NCBI GenBank assembly: GCA_951406725.2
Contig: OX597840.1
Span: forward strand, 16,306,001-16,370,000
Length of the DNA: 64,000 bases
Direction: 5' to 3'
Source of the DNA: Octopus vulgaris
Lineage: Eukaryota
Of this stretch, positions 1 through 17,452 are shown piece after piece. Numbering within the stretch: the first letter of the stretch is position 1; each line of letters begins with the position of its first letter. A program made the translations under genes and the position numbers. The notes under the pieces were generated by a model. The model made no database searches. It worked only from the letters and a program-made list of their open reading frames with translations, and was not told the origin of the DNA.

Positions 1-431
1 ACGCCTATACAAGCAGAAGATAAAGAGTTTAGGTCAAGGTAACCCAATTTAATAGTTTGGGTTACCTAATAAGCTATATACAAACACACACACACACATA
101 TACAAGAAGATTTTTGGCTCTCAGTTTCCATCCACCAGATCTTCTTACAAGGCTTTGATCAGTTTGAGGCTATAGTAGAAGAGACTTTCTCAAGGTGCCA
201 CACTGCAGGATTGAACCCAGAACCATGTGGTTGGGAAGGAAACTCCTTACTATACAGCCATGTCTGCACCTGTGCCTATGTTCTACAAATTGAAGCTCTC
301 CTCTTTATCTACTTCACTGTAGCCTTCTTCTTCCAGGTAAAAAAAAATCTGTTTAGAATTACCAAATTGTCACTATCATGTTCATTCACACATTCTTTGT
401 GCCTTACTTTGTGTTTTTGGTTGTTGTCAAG

Positions 432-629
432 GTAACAGCAGATGGCAGTATTGATTGTCAGAACAACCCATCGATGCAAGAATCTATTGTCTCTCAGTTA
501 CATTACTGTGAGACATTTGCTGCATTGAAACTGCTTGGTAAAGGTGGCTCATTCGTCATCAAATTCTTCACCATGTTTGAAAACAACACAATCGGATTGA
601 TGTACCTCTTAGTCAAGTTCTTTGATCAA
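432..629 (+). CDS. CMTR2: CMTR2 (cap2 2'-O-ribose methyltransferase) internal exon A, catalytic domain
   Basis: tcaag|GTA...CAA|gttagt; 198 nt, phase 0/0; [50 protein letters not shown]... carries the RrmJ/FtsJ D and K catalytic motifs typical of CMTR2. Upstream exons are outside the window. Confidence 0.95.
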
Positions 630-1185
630 GTTAGTACTGCTTTTGTTTTTGTTATTTTTTTTTATTTTGTTTATTGTTATTGTTTTTGTTTAGTTTTTTA
701 CCCCTCAGGTCCACCCTGACCCTGTGGACCTACAATCAAAGGTAATCATTCCATATTTTATTCCACCCTGTCCCAGAAGACCTACAATCATTCCCTCTTT
801 TGTCAGAAACTATTTTGTTCAGTGTTCCCTAAATTTTGAAACATCAATGTGTGATTTCAATGAGATTTTGCCTGCTATATCTAGCATTCTATGTGGAGGC
901 ACCTTGATTTGATGTTGCAGTGTTTAGCTCCAGGTCAGTTTTGATTCAGAAGTTCTACAACACTATATAACACTATTTTTGTCCTTGGGTAGCAAATATG
1001 CTTACCCTTAGAAAGCATGAAAAATGGCTAATATTTCCTTCAAATTTTGCTTTTGTTATGATATTTATTCAAACCCCAAAGAATCCCTCTCAACACATGA
1101 CTATGATGTTCCTCCACAACTCCTGCTCATCATAAAAGATGCACACATTGTCAGCCGCTAAAAGACATGCTCACGTGGTTAAGAT

Positions 1186-1620
1186 CAAGCAAATCTGTGG
1201 TATTGAGCAGAATATTTGCTATAACGATATTTCTGCTTCAGCAACTTGGCACTGAATCTGTGTGAAATGTAATGGAAAATAGGTCAGCTTCCAAACATCA
1301 TCATGTCCAGGTCAGAAAAGGCAAAGTTTAAAGGAACCAGTAGTCATTTCTTTTAATTTCTAGATAGAAGCAAATAGGACATAACTCTTACTGACCAAAG
1401 ACAACAAGCAAATCTGTGGTATTGAGCAGAATGTTTGCTATAATGATATTTCTGCTTCAGTAACTCAGCACTGAATCTGTGTGAAATGTAATGGAAAAAA
1501 TAGGTAAGTTTGAAAATGTTGATATCCAGGTCAGAAAAGCAAAGGGACCAGTAGTAATTTCCTTTGATTTCTATATAGAAGCAAATTGGAAATAACACTG
1601 ACCAAAAACAAGTAAATCTG
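1186..1620. repeat. ~220-bp diverged tandem duplication (2 copies plus partial)
   Basis: caagcaaatctgtggtattgagcagaat...ttctgcttcag recurs at 1186 and 1405, partial near 1597. Confidence 0.7.
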
Positions 1621-2510
1621 AAATTAAAAAAAAATTGAAAATTTTGCTACACAGTGTAATCAAAGGGTTCCAACCATGACTATCCCATCTTTTATTTATA
1701 CATGGTAAATGTAGAACTAAATTTTCCAATGTGTTGTACTTTGTTATAGTTCTTTAACCCTGGGACAGTATTAATCTAGAAAATTGTTGAAAGGCAATCT
1801 AGCCTTGACCATCCCATCTTTTATTCAGTTTGTCCAGAACTGCACTATCCTATGTCTGTGATGCTGTGGTTTAAATCTGTGAGTCAGGTTTGTTCCTGCA
1901 GAGCCAGGATCTACGTGGTATATCTGTAGCTGTATGTAGGACAGTTATAGGACAATAAGAGACGATCAAGACTCTGAGCAATACAGTGGGGTGGGAGGTT
2001 ATTTCCAGACCCTGTGTTGACAGAGCCTTTCGTAATGATGTTTGTAGTGATAATGGTGATGGTGATGTTTGATGCAATAGTTATGATGATGATGATAATT
2101 GTTTGTGATGATGATGCTGATGATGTTTATGATGATTATGATGGTATTGGTGGTGATTGTGATGATGATGATGCTGATTTATTTATTTTTTTGATAGTGA
2201 TGATGATGATAATACAAACAACATTAAATACAGTTAAGGCGGTGAACTGGCAGAATCGTTAGCATGCCAAGCAAAATTCTTAGTGGTGTTTCGTCTGTCT
2301 TTATGTTCTGAGTTCAAATTCTGTCGAGGTCAGCTTTGCCTTTCATCCTTTCAGGGTTGATAAAAAAGTACCAGTTAAACATTGGGTTGGTGTAATTGAC
2401 TTACCCCACCACTTCCCTGCCAATAATGCTAGCCTTGTGTCAAAGTTCAAAATCAATGTTAAATCAACATTGAAACTAATATTAAATGCCTCTCTATGTC
2501 TCTTCCACAG

Positions 2511-2640
2511 GTGAATGTGATCAAACCAGCCACCAGCAAAGCTGGGAACTCCGAGGTTTATGTGGTCTGCCTCAACTTTCTCGGACTTAAGGTTTGCCCA
2601 CAAGAAGATTTTCTCACAAACCTGGAATGTCTCATTTTCA
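2511..2640 (+). CDS. CMTR2: CMTR2 exon B
   Basis: ttccacag|GTG...TTC A|gtaagg; 130 nt, phase 0/1; [23 protein letters not shown] contains the [13 protein letters not shown] signature with the catalytic E. Confidence 0.95.
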
Positions 2641-3542
2641 GTAAGGTTCCCTTCTATTAAGGTTTTGGATTGTGTTTTTATTATATTCAGGATTGCCTTT
2701 AGCTTTTCGGTAGTCCAGGGTCAATGAAATAAAATGGGAATGCTTCCTTTCCTTCTTGTATAATCAACTTTTGAATGACTTCTGATGACTTCTTTGACCA
2801 GTACAATGTCCTTGGAATGTGTGTTTTCAAAAATACAAAGACCGTTTCCTGTTCTTTTATTTTTTACTTGCTCGAGTCAATTAGTCTGCGGCCATGCTGG
2901 GACACTGCCTTGAGGCATTTTTAGTTGAATGAAAGCAACCCCAGTACTTAAAAAAAAATCTCAATAAAAATGCAAGAAGTAACTTATACTAAGAAGTAAT
3001 ATTTATCAATATGGTCGTTTGATGTTACTATTGTTTAACCCCAAGCAGAGCATCTACCTGCTGGTTACTGGTGCAACCTGCACCCTGTATATATTGCAAG
3101 CAGGGGACCAAAACCCTACTATCTTCCACCAAATGACAGGATCACAAAACCGAATGGTTTCAGATTATTTGTGCCCATCTTCAGTCATAAACACCCGACT
3201 GTTAGAAATAGTAGGGATTAGCTTCAGCTTGCAATATGTAGAAAAATAAGTGACCATCGGTCACTGATCTTACAACAAGCAGAGTAATTAGAAAAATCTC
3301 AATAAGAGATGAAAGTAGTAACTATACTGAGGAGTAATATTTGTCACTACATTAATATGTTTGTTTGGTATTACTACCATTTTAAACACCAGTATGGTTT
3401 TTTTCCTTTTTTTTCTAAGCCTGGTACTTGTTCTATCAATCTCTTTTGCTGAACTGCTAAGTTATAGGAAAGTAAACATACCAACACTGGTTGTCAAGCA
3501 GTGGTGGAGGACACGCACAGACACAAAAATACACCCATACGC

Positions 3543-3575
<33 letters not shown>

Positions 3576-3649
3576 TATATATGTATGTATATATATATGT
3601 ATGTATATGTATATATGTATGTATATATATATGTATGTATAAATATATG

Positions 3650-3690
<41 letters not shown>

Positions 3691-3692
<2 letters not shown>

Positions 3693-6600
3693 CATCATCG
3701 TTTTCCGTGCTAGCACGGGTTGGACAGTTTGACCGGGGTCTGGGAAGCCAGGAGTCTGCACCAGGCTCCAGTCTGATCTGGCAGTGTTTCTACAGCTGGA
3801 TGCCCTTCCTAATGCCAACCACTCTGTGACTGTAGTGGGTACTTTTTATGTGCCACCGGCACAGGTGCCAGATGGGGCTGACATCGGCCACATTCGGATG
3901 GTGCTTCGGCCACGTTCAGATGGTGCTTTTTATGTGCCACTGGCACAGGTATCACAACTACTATTTCCATTTGATATTTATTTCGATGTTTATGTACTTG
4001 ACTCAACAGGTCTCCTCAAGCACGGCAGGTCATGTGCCACCAGCACAAATGCCAGTCAAGGCAGCGCTGGCATCGGCCACATTCAGATGGTGCTTTTTAC
4101 GTGCCGCTGGCACAGGTGTTGTGACTAAGTTTTCCATTTGATATTTATTTTGATATTGATATTGATGTACTTGACTCAATAGGTCTCCTCAAGCACAGCA
4201 GGTCACTCTATATTCCAAGGTAAGCACAGCAGGTCATTCTGCAATCCAAGGTACTTTGAATGGGCTGAGGCTATGCGAAACTGGTGCAGGAAGCAGCCCG
4301 GGTCTTTGCAGTCACAGCATATCTCCAGAGATCTCGGTCCTTCGTCATTGCCTCTGTGAGACCCAACGCTTTGAGGTCATGTTTCACCACCTCATTCCAT
4401 GTTTTCCTGGGTCTACCTCTTCCCCTGATACCTTCAACTGTTTGGGAGTGGCACTTCTTCACACATCTCTCCTCATCCATCCGCAGTACATGACCATACC
4501 ATCACAAGCATCTCTCTTGCACACCACATCTGATGCTTCTTATGTCCAGCATTTCTCTCAGGGCACTTACACTCTGTCGTGTGTGCACACTGACATTACA
4601 CGTCCAGCGGATCATGTTAGCTTCATTTCTTTCAAGTCTACGTATGTCCTCTGCATTCTAGTGGTGACACTCTCTGAGCATCCACCTCCACTACTAACTT
4701 GGTCACTTAGGTAGCGGAAACTATCAACTACTTCTAGTTTCTCCCCCTGGAGTGTGATGGAATCTGTTTTCTGAGTATCAATGGTGTCTATTGCCCCTGT
4801 GCATCTGCCGCACATGAAAGCTATCTTATCAGTTAATTTTCCTTTGATGTTGCTGCACCTCTCATGCGTCCATAGCTTACACTGGGTACATCTTATGGAG
4901 TTTCTACCTACACCTTTCCTACAGATCGAGCCACCTGCCCGAGGGGGTGTGTGATGAGTACGCCTTCTTACTATAACTTTGGTCTTTGCTACATTTACTC
5001 TTAGGCCCTTTGATTCTAAACCTTGCTTCCACACCCAGTAGTGATTCTGCTATGAGGGCCAGGTCATCAGCATAGAGGAGCTCCCAGGGGCAACCTGTTT
5101 TGAATTCCTCTGTTATTGCCTGGAGGACTATGATGAATAAAAGGGGACTGAGGGCTGAGCCTTGGTGGACCCTACTTCTACCCGAAATTCTTCACTATAC
5201 TCATTGCCAATCCTAACCTTGCTGACAGCCTCACTGTATAGGGCCTGTACAGCCCTTATTGACCATTCATCAATCTCCAGTTTCCGCATCGACCACCAGA
5301 TAAGGGATCGGGGGACCCTGTAAAAGGCTTTCTCCAAGTCCATGAAAGCTATGTAGAGGGGTTTATCTTTAGCTAGGTATTTTTCCTGCAGTTGTCGTAC
5401 TAGGAATATGGCATCAGTGGTGCTATTACCCAGCACGAAACCGAACTGTATCTTATCTAAGCAAATTCTCTCCCTAATGAGATGGGCTATGACCCTCTCT
5501 GTGACCTTCATCACCTGATCCAACAGTTTAATACCCCTGTAGTTATTTCTATCTAGCGCATCACCTTTGTCCTTGTAGCAGTTGACTATGGTGCTGCTAC
5601 ACCAGTCATTGGGTATGACTCCATTATGAACTACCTGGTTTACAATGCAGGTGACTAGGCCATAGCCCACACAACCAGATGTTTTAAGCATCTCAGCAGT
5701 GTTTCCTGATGGGCCAGGGGCTTTTCCTGGTTTCATACCCTTAATTGCCTTAACTACTAGGGAGCTGTCTATTCGGATAGCTGGTCCCTCTACTGGGTCA
5801 ACGTTTGGCAGGCTCTCCTCCTCCCATTCATTCTCCACATTCAGCAGTCTCTTATAATGGCTTCTCCAAGCTTTTTTCTTTTAGAAACATTGAAAGCAAG
5901 TGCACCATCATCCATGCGGATGCATTTCTCTCCTGTGACATCACAATTTTCTCTCACACACTGTCTTGCAATTCGAAATACCTCAGTTCTTTGGTCCTCA
6001 CGTCGCTGGACATTGGCAAACTTCTTCTTTTCTGCTACACCCTTGGCTATGTATACCTGCTGCCCAGCCTCCCTTTTGGCTACCTGGTACAGTTCCCTGC
6101 TACCCCCATCCCTCCAGGCTTTCCAGGTCTGTTTCTTTGCTCTAATGGCTTTGTCTACTGTATTATTCCACCACCACGTAACTCTAGGTCTGGAAGGGAC
6201 TTTGCACTCAGCAAGCTGTCCTGTTGGAATTTCCAGCTACCTTCTATGTCCGTCGTCTGTAGCTCCTCCTCCCTCTCATCAAATTTCTTGGTGAGGATGT
6301 CCCTAAATCTCTGACCATGTGAAGGGTTCTTTAGCTTCCAAATCCTTCTTTTCTGGATTGTTCTGCTTCTTGGTATCCTTCTGGCCTCAAGCCTAAAGTC
6401 ACTAATGGCTAGCCTATGCTGAGAGGTACATTCTTCACCCAGGAGGGTCTTTGTATTTAAGAGCAACCCTGCATCCCGCTGTCTGGTGAGGATGAAGTCT
6501 ATTTGGCTAGTGGAGTCCCCTGACTGATAGGTTATAAGGTGGCAGTCTGGCTTCCTGAAGGTTACATGCATCACAGAATTCCAGTAGTCTAGTTCCCTCA

Positions 6601-7160
6601 TCATTTCTGGTGCCAATACCATGGCCACTGTGTACCCCAGTGAAGATACCCGATTCCCACCCAACATGCCCATTAAAGTCTCCAGCCACAAAGATGAGGT
6701 CCTTGCCACTCGTCTTTGAGGTAGCCTGTAGAAGGGTATCATAAAAGTGGTCCTTTTGATCATTTGGTAGCCCCGCATGTGGGGCATAGGCGGAGATAAT
6801 CGTAGCTGTGCCATTCTGTGAGACTAACCTGAGCTTGAGCACTCAATCGCAAACCCTGACAACCTCTATGACTTTATTCACCCATTTCTCCGCAAGGAGA
6901 ATGCCTACACCCCCTACATCATCCATGTTACCTTGCCAGAAGACTTTATACCTATGTGCCTTGCCTGTGAGGACCCTAGCTGAAGCACCTCTCCATCTTA
7001 CCTCTTGTATGCAGCATACATCAACCCATCTTCTTTCAAGCATCTCTACTATCTCACTAGACCTACCTTTCAGTGTACCAACATTGACAGTGCCAACTCT
7101 GAAAACAGGGAAGGTTTGGGGGGAGGGATGCAATTCAGCGCCTGAAAAAAAGAGGGTTGT
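3691..7160 (-). mobile_element. RTE-clade LINE, near full-length but frameshifted
   Basis: APE endonuclease ([26 protein letters not shown]), RT (QFGF, FMDLEKAF, LLYADDL), C-terminal Cys/His finger, repeat-rich 3' UTR ending in (GAT)n at 3691. Confidence 0.92.
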
Positions 7161-7164
7161 TACG

Positions 7165-9930
<2,766 letters not shown>

Positions 9931-10600
9931 TGTCGGTGGCACATAAAAACACCATCCGAAGACCTGGCAAGACTAGTCAGGCCATAACCTGTGGCCCCTA
10001 CCTGGGACGTAGTCAGTCCACCTGTGCATACCTTCCTTCTTGTGACACTTGTGAAGACCTGTTGAGGCAAGTGAAAATCAAAATCAAATCAAAACAAATC
10101 AAAATAGATGAACATCAATGGAATTTGTATCTTTGTGGTTCCAGTGCCGGTGGCACGTGGCACACAAGAAAACCATCCGAACGTGGCCGTAGCCAGTACC
10201 GCATCGACTGGCCTCCGTGCTGTGGGCACGTAACAAACACCATCCGATCGTGGCCGTTTGCCAGCCTCATCTGGCACCTGTGTCGGTGGCACATAAAAAC
10301 ACTATCCGAGCGTGGCCGTCTGCCAGCCTCGTCTGGCACCTGTGCCGGTGGCACATAAAAAACACCATCCGAGCGTGGCCGTTTGCCAGCATCGTCTGGC
10401 ACCTGTGTCGGTGGCACATAAAATCACCCACTACACTCTCGGAGTGGTTGGCGTTAGGAAGGGCATCCAGCTGTAGAAACACTGCCAGATCTGACTGGAC
10501 TGGTGCAGCTTTCGGGCTCCCCAGACCCCAGTTGAACCGTCCAACCCATGCTAGCATTGAAAGCGGACGTTAAATGATGATGATGATGATGATGATGATG
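9931..10600 (+). mobile_element. 5'-truncated RTE LINE 3' UTR with ~60-bp subrepeats and (GAT)n tail
   Basis: Same motifs as the 3' UTRs at 3691-4250 and 45726-46300, opposite strand; ends gatgatgat. Confidence 0.85.
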
Positions 10601-10609
10601 ATATATATG

Positions 10610-10640
<31 letters not shown>

Positions 10641-10679
10641 GTATATATATGTATATATATATATGTATATATATATATG

Positions 10680-10728
<49 letters not shown>

Positions 10729-10843
10729 GTATATATATATATGTATATATATATATGTATATATGTATATATATATATGTATATGTATATATGTATATAT
10801 GTATATGTATATATGTATATACATATATATGTATATATATATG

Positions 10844-10874
<31 letters not shown>

Positions 10875-10935
10875 GTATATATATATATGTATATATATAT
10901 GTATGTATATATGTATGTATATATATATGTATATA

Positions 10936-10968
<33 letters not shown>

Positions 10969-11037
10969 ATATATATATATGTATATATATATATGTATAT
11001 ATATATATGTGTATATATATATATGTATATATATATG

Positions 11038-11072
<35 letters not shown>

Positions 11073-11237
11073 CATCATCATCGTTTAACGTCCGTTCTCC
11101 ATGCTAGCATGGGTTGGACGATTCGACCGGGGAATCTGAGAAGCCAGAAGGCTGCACCAGGCTCCGGTCTTATCTGGCAATGTTTCTACAGCTGGATGCC
11201 CTTCCTAACGCCAACCACTCGCGAGTGTAGTGGGTGG

Positions 11238-11347
<110 letters not shown>

Positions 11348-11746
11348 ATATATATGTATATATGTATATATATGTATATATGTATATATATATATGTATA
11401 TATATATGTATATGTATATATATATATACATATATATGTATGTATATATATATATGTATGTATATATATATATGTATATATATATATACATATATATGTA
11501 TATATATATATGTATATATATATGTATATATATATATATGTATATATATATGTATATATATATGTATATATATATACATATATATATGTATATATATATG
11601 TATATATATATGTATATATATATGTATATATATGTATATATATATATGTATATATATATGTATATATATATATATATGTATATATATATGTATATATGTA
11701 TATATATATGTATATATATATGTATATATATGTATATATATATATG

Positions 11747-11795
<49 letters not shown>

Positions 11796-12354
11796 GTATA
11801 TATATATATGTATATATATGTATATATATATATGTATATATATGTATATATATATGTATATATATGTATATATTTATATATATATGTATATATATGTATA
11901 TATATATATATATGTATATATATATGTATATATATATGTATATATATATATGTGTATATATATATATGTGTATATATATATGTGTATATATATATATGTA
12001 TATATATATATATGTATATATATATGTGTATATATATATATATGTATATATATATGTATATATATATATATGTATGTATGTATGTATGTATATATATATA
12101 TATATATAAAATTAATTAAGGGTAGAAATTGATATTTATCAATTAAGACCAGTGGTCTAGCATATTAAAAAAGAATCCGAAGATTAAAATATTTATATAT
12201 ACCAATTAAGGACTGAACACGAAAAGTGGACAGTCAACATGCTAGATATAGACGTCAAATCGTCATTCACCACAAAAGATTATGTTCTCAGATCAAACTC
12301 AACACAAAACCATAGCAATAAACAAGTGAAAAATATACGCAATAAAATAATTAC

Positions 12355-12419
12355 CCATGTACTAACTTAGTTTCAGCTGTTATTTTCCGCAAGGAAAACT
12401 GCAGCCATCATCAGCATGG
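12355..12419 (-). ncRNA. Type-I hammerhead ribozyme motif (mirror copy)
   Basis: Reverse complement of 12640-12704. Confidence 0.85.
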
Positions 12420-12639
12420 TCCGTTATAAATGTAATTTGTTGGACTAGATGCAAACACGATACCGAAATATCGCGTGCATGGAGTTCAGCCTATTACATT
12501 TGAATATATATTTTTATATATTGAATATATATATAAAGGCATTTGAAATATATATTCAAATGTAATAGGCTGAACTCCATGCACGCGATATTTCGGTATC
12601 GTGTTTGCATCTAGTCCAACAAATTACATTTATAACGGA

Positions 12640-12704
12640 CCATGCTGATGATGGCTGCAGTTTTCCTTGCGGAAAATAACAGCTGAAACTAAGTTAGTAC
12701 ATGG
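12640..12704 (+). ncRNA. Type-I hammerhead ribozyme motif
   Basis: CCATG-CTGATGA-T-GGCTG(cagTTTTCCttgcGGAAAAtaa)CAGCT-GAAA-CTAAGTTAG-TA-CATGG; intact core, GUA site after 12699. Confidence 0.85.
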
Positions 12705-12856
12705 GTAATTATTTTATTTCGTATATTTTTTCACTTGTTTATTGCTATGGTTTTGTGTTGAGTTTGATCTGAGAACATAATCTTTTGTGGTGAATGACGA
12801 TTTGACGTCTATATCTAGCATGTTGACTGTCCACTTTTCGTGTTCAGTCCTTAATT

Positions 12857-12907
<51 letters not shown>

Positions 12908-13069
12908 CAAAACGGGACAAGAACACAAAACATCCAGATAGACGATACAAAGAAAACAAGGACGAGTCATTTGAAGTTTTCTTTCCTCAGTCAAGTACCA
13001 GATTATTTTTGCAATTTCGGCTGATTATACTTGATTATATATGTATATATATATATGTATATATATATG

Positions 13070-13124
<55 letters not shown>

Positions 13125-13541
13125 GTATATATATATATGTATATATATATATATGTATATATATATGTATATATATACATGTATATATATATATGTATAT
13201 ATGTATATATATATATATGTATATATGTATATGTATATATGTATATGAATATGTATATATGTATATGTATATATGTATATATATATATGTTTATATGTAT
13301 ATATATATATGTATATATATATATGTATATATATATATGTATATATATATATGTATATATATATATGTATATATATATATGTATATATATATACATGTAT
13401 ATATATATATGTATGTATATATATATATATATGTATGTATATATATATGTATATATGTATATATATATATGTATATATATATGTATATATATATATGTAT
13501 ATATATATATGTATATATATATATGTGTATATATATATATG

Positions 13542-13572
<31 letters not shown>

Positions 13573-13769
13573 GTATATATATATGTATATATATATATAT
13601 CATCATCATCGTTTAACGTCCGTTCTCCATGCTAGCATGGGTTGGACGGTTCGACCGGGAATCTGAGAAGCCAGAAGGCTGCACCAGGCTCCGGTCTTAT
13701 CTGGCAATGTTTCTACAGCTGGATGCCCTTCCTAACGCCAACCACTCCGCGAGTGTAGTGGGTGCTTTT

Positions 13770-13816
<47 letters not shown>

Positions 13817-13973
13817 ATGTATATATATATATGTATATATGTATATATATATATATGTATATATGTATATGTATATATGTATATGAATATGTATATATGT
13901 ATATGTATATATGTATATATATATATGTTTATATGTATATATATATATGTATATATATATGTATATATATATG

Positions 13974-14023
<50 letters not shown>

Positions 14024-14165
14024 CATGTATATATATATGTATGTATATATATATATATATGTATGTATATATATATGTATATATGTATATATATATGTAT
14101 ATATATATATGTATATATATATATGTATATATATATATGTATATATATATATGTGTATATATATG

Positions 14166-14220
<55 letters not shown>

Positions 14221-14388
14221 CATCATCATCGTTTAACGTCCGTTCTCCATGCTAGCATGGGTTGGACGGTTCGACCGGGAATCTGAGAAGCCAGAAGGCT
14301 GCACCAGGCTCCGGTCTTATCTGGCAATGTTTCTACAGCTGGATGCCCTTCCTAACGCCAACCACTCCGCGAGTGTAGTGGGTGCTTT

Positions 14389-14485
<97 letters not shown>

Positions 14486-14502
14486 ATGTGTATATATATA
14501 TG

Positions 14503-14555
<53 letters not shown>

Positions 14556-15269
14556 GTATATATGTATATGTATATATGTATATATGTATATGTATATATA
14601 TGTATATATATATATGTATATATATATATGTATATATGTATATATATATATGTATATATATGTATATATATGTATATATATGTATATATATATATATGTA
14701 TATATATGTATATATATATATATGTATATATGTATATATATATATATGTATATATGTATATATATATATGTATATATGTATATATATATATATATGTATA
14801 TATATGTATATATATATATATGTATGTATATATGTATATATATATATATGTATATATATGTATATATATATATATATGTATATATGTATATATATATATG
14901 TATATATATGTATATATATATATATATGTATATATGTATATATATATATATGTATATATGTATATATATATATGTATATATGTATATATATGTATATATG
15001 TATATATATATATATGTATATATGTATATATATGTATATATGTATATATATATATATGTATATATATATATGTATATATATATATATGTATATATGTATA
15101 TATATGTATATATGTATATATATGTATATATGTATATATATGTATATATGTATATATATGTATATATGTATATATATGTATATATGTATATATATGTATA
15201 TATGTATATATATGTATATATGTATATATATGTATATATGTATATATATGTATATATGTATATATATAT

Positions 15270-15300
<31 letters not shown>

Positions 15301-15313
15301 ATATATATATGTA

Positions 15314-15382
<69 letters not shown>

Positions 15383-15391
15383 GTATATATG

Positions 15392-15474
<83 letters not shown>

Positions 15475-15510
15475 TATATATGTATATATATGTATATATA
15501 TATATATATG

Positions 15511-15566
<56 letters not shown>

Positions 15567-16312
15567 CAAAACGGGACAAGAACACAAAACATCCAGATAG
15601 ACGATACAAAGAAAACAAGGACGAGTCATTTGAAGTTTTCTTTCCTCAGTCAAGTACCAGATTATTTTTGCAATTTCGTCTGATTATACTTGAGATTGCT
15701 CCAATCTGGCCAGCCCCAAGGAAAAACTAAGCTAAGAGCATCAGATTCCTTGGAAGAAAGCAGTGAATGTATACAAAAACAAGGATGGAAAAAAAAACGG
15801 ACAACACATGACAGGCTTCTTTCAGTTTGTCTACCAAATCCACTCACAAAGCTTTGGTGGAGCCAGGGATATAGCAGAAGACACTTGCTCAAGGTGTCAC
15901 ACTGTGTGACTGAACCTGGAACCATGTGGTTGGGAAGCAAGCTTCTTACCACACAGCCATACCTGATGCTTCCTTTTAGTATGATGATGATGCTGGGGCA
16001 CTGCCTTGAAGGGTTTAGTCGAGTCCCTGTACAGTGACACATAAGAGTACCTGTGTGAAAATGTGTAAAAGCAACCGTGCCACATCACGTAAAAGTGTCT
16101 GTGTGGTGCCATGTAAAAGCACCCAGCAGACTCTGTAAAGTGGTTGGTGTTAGGAAGGGCATCCAGCCATGGAAACCATGCCAAATCAGATTGGATTCTG
16201 GGTTGATAAAATAGGTGTCTGTTGATTATTGGGGTTGATGTGTTATTGATAAATCTATTCCTCCTAAAATTGCTGGTCTTGTTCCAAAATTTGAATCAGT
16301 TATTATTATTGT

Positions 16313-16350
<38 letters not shown>

Positions 16351-17452
16351 GAGTGAGAGAGAAGTGCATGCCATCAAAGTGATACTGGGGTACAAATATA
16401 CGAAGCCCAGTATACCCATCGTGACTACCCGTCTGATAAATGTACACACCAGGCACATGCATCACAACCAAATGTGCACGACATGGTGATCTCATATCAA
16501 GATAAACAGCGCATGACCTTGCAGGTGGGGCCCAGTTAGAATTTTCTTCTGGTCGAGTAACCCATCTCGCTCAAAAGGTCCCTGAATCAGGGTTGTTTAA
16601 GGATGTTGAATGAAACACCCATGTTTCCAGAGGTGAATTATCCAAACCTCTAAGAATCCCTCTCAACAAATGGTCATGATGCTCCCCCATACTTCTACTC
16701 GTGATCAGAGATGCACATATCGTCAGCCACTAAGGGACATGCTCAACTGGTTATGTCAAACAACTGACAAGCAAATCTGTGGTATTGAGCAGAATATTTG
16801 TTGTAGCCCATCTTTTATACCAAGACAAAACAATGTACATGATAACACTTCCAATCAGTTAAGATCAGAAGCCATGAGAGCCACTGCCTGGTACTGCATC
16901 AGGGCATTTATTATTGTTATTGTTATTATTCTTCTTCTTATTATTATTATATTCCTCTTTAAGATGATGAGCTGGCAGAGTTATTAGCATGTTGGGAAAA
17001 ATGCTTAGTGGCATTTTGTCTGTCTTTACTTTCGGAGTCCAAATTCCACCGAGATCGGCTTTGCCTTTCACTTTGGGGGGGGTCAAATATATGAATACCA
17101 GTTGAGTACTGGGGTTGATATAATTGACTTACTCCTTCCCCCTAAATTGCTGGCTTTGTGCTAAACTTTGAAATCGCTGTTATTATTATCGTTGTAGTTA
17201 TTATTAAAGGCGGCAAGCTGGCAGAATCATTAGCATGCCAGGCAAAATGCTTAGCAGCATTTCGTCCATCCCTACACTGTGAGTTCAAATTCCATGAAAG
17301 TCGACTTTGCCTTTCATTGTTTCGGGCTTAATAAAATAAGTACTAGCCAAACTCTGGGGCCAATTGACTTACCCTCTGCCCTAAAATTACAAGCCTTGTG
17401 CCAAAATGTGAAACCATTATTATTTTCCTCTTTACTTTTTATTTCATATCAG

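Larger units (their letters stand above)
12107..12866. mobile_element. Fold-back pair of Penelope-type tails (inverted pLTR-like), arms 12194-12513 / 12546-12866
   Basis: ~320-bp arms with about two differences, 32-nt spacer, inserted in TA runs; each arm carries a hammerhead motif. Confidence 0.8.

Noticed and set aside
2014-2262. Asp/Met-rich ORF
   Set aside because: Degenerate (GAT)n repeat
10240-10430. CRISPR-like repeat array
   Set aside because: No unique spacers, eukaryotic context, part of an RTE 3' UTR
15640-15710. Possible ribozyme in the TA-flanked element at 12902/15562
   Set aside because: GAAA present on the minus strand but no recognisable core
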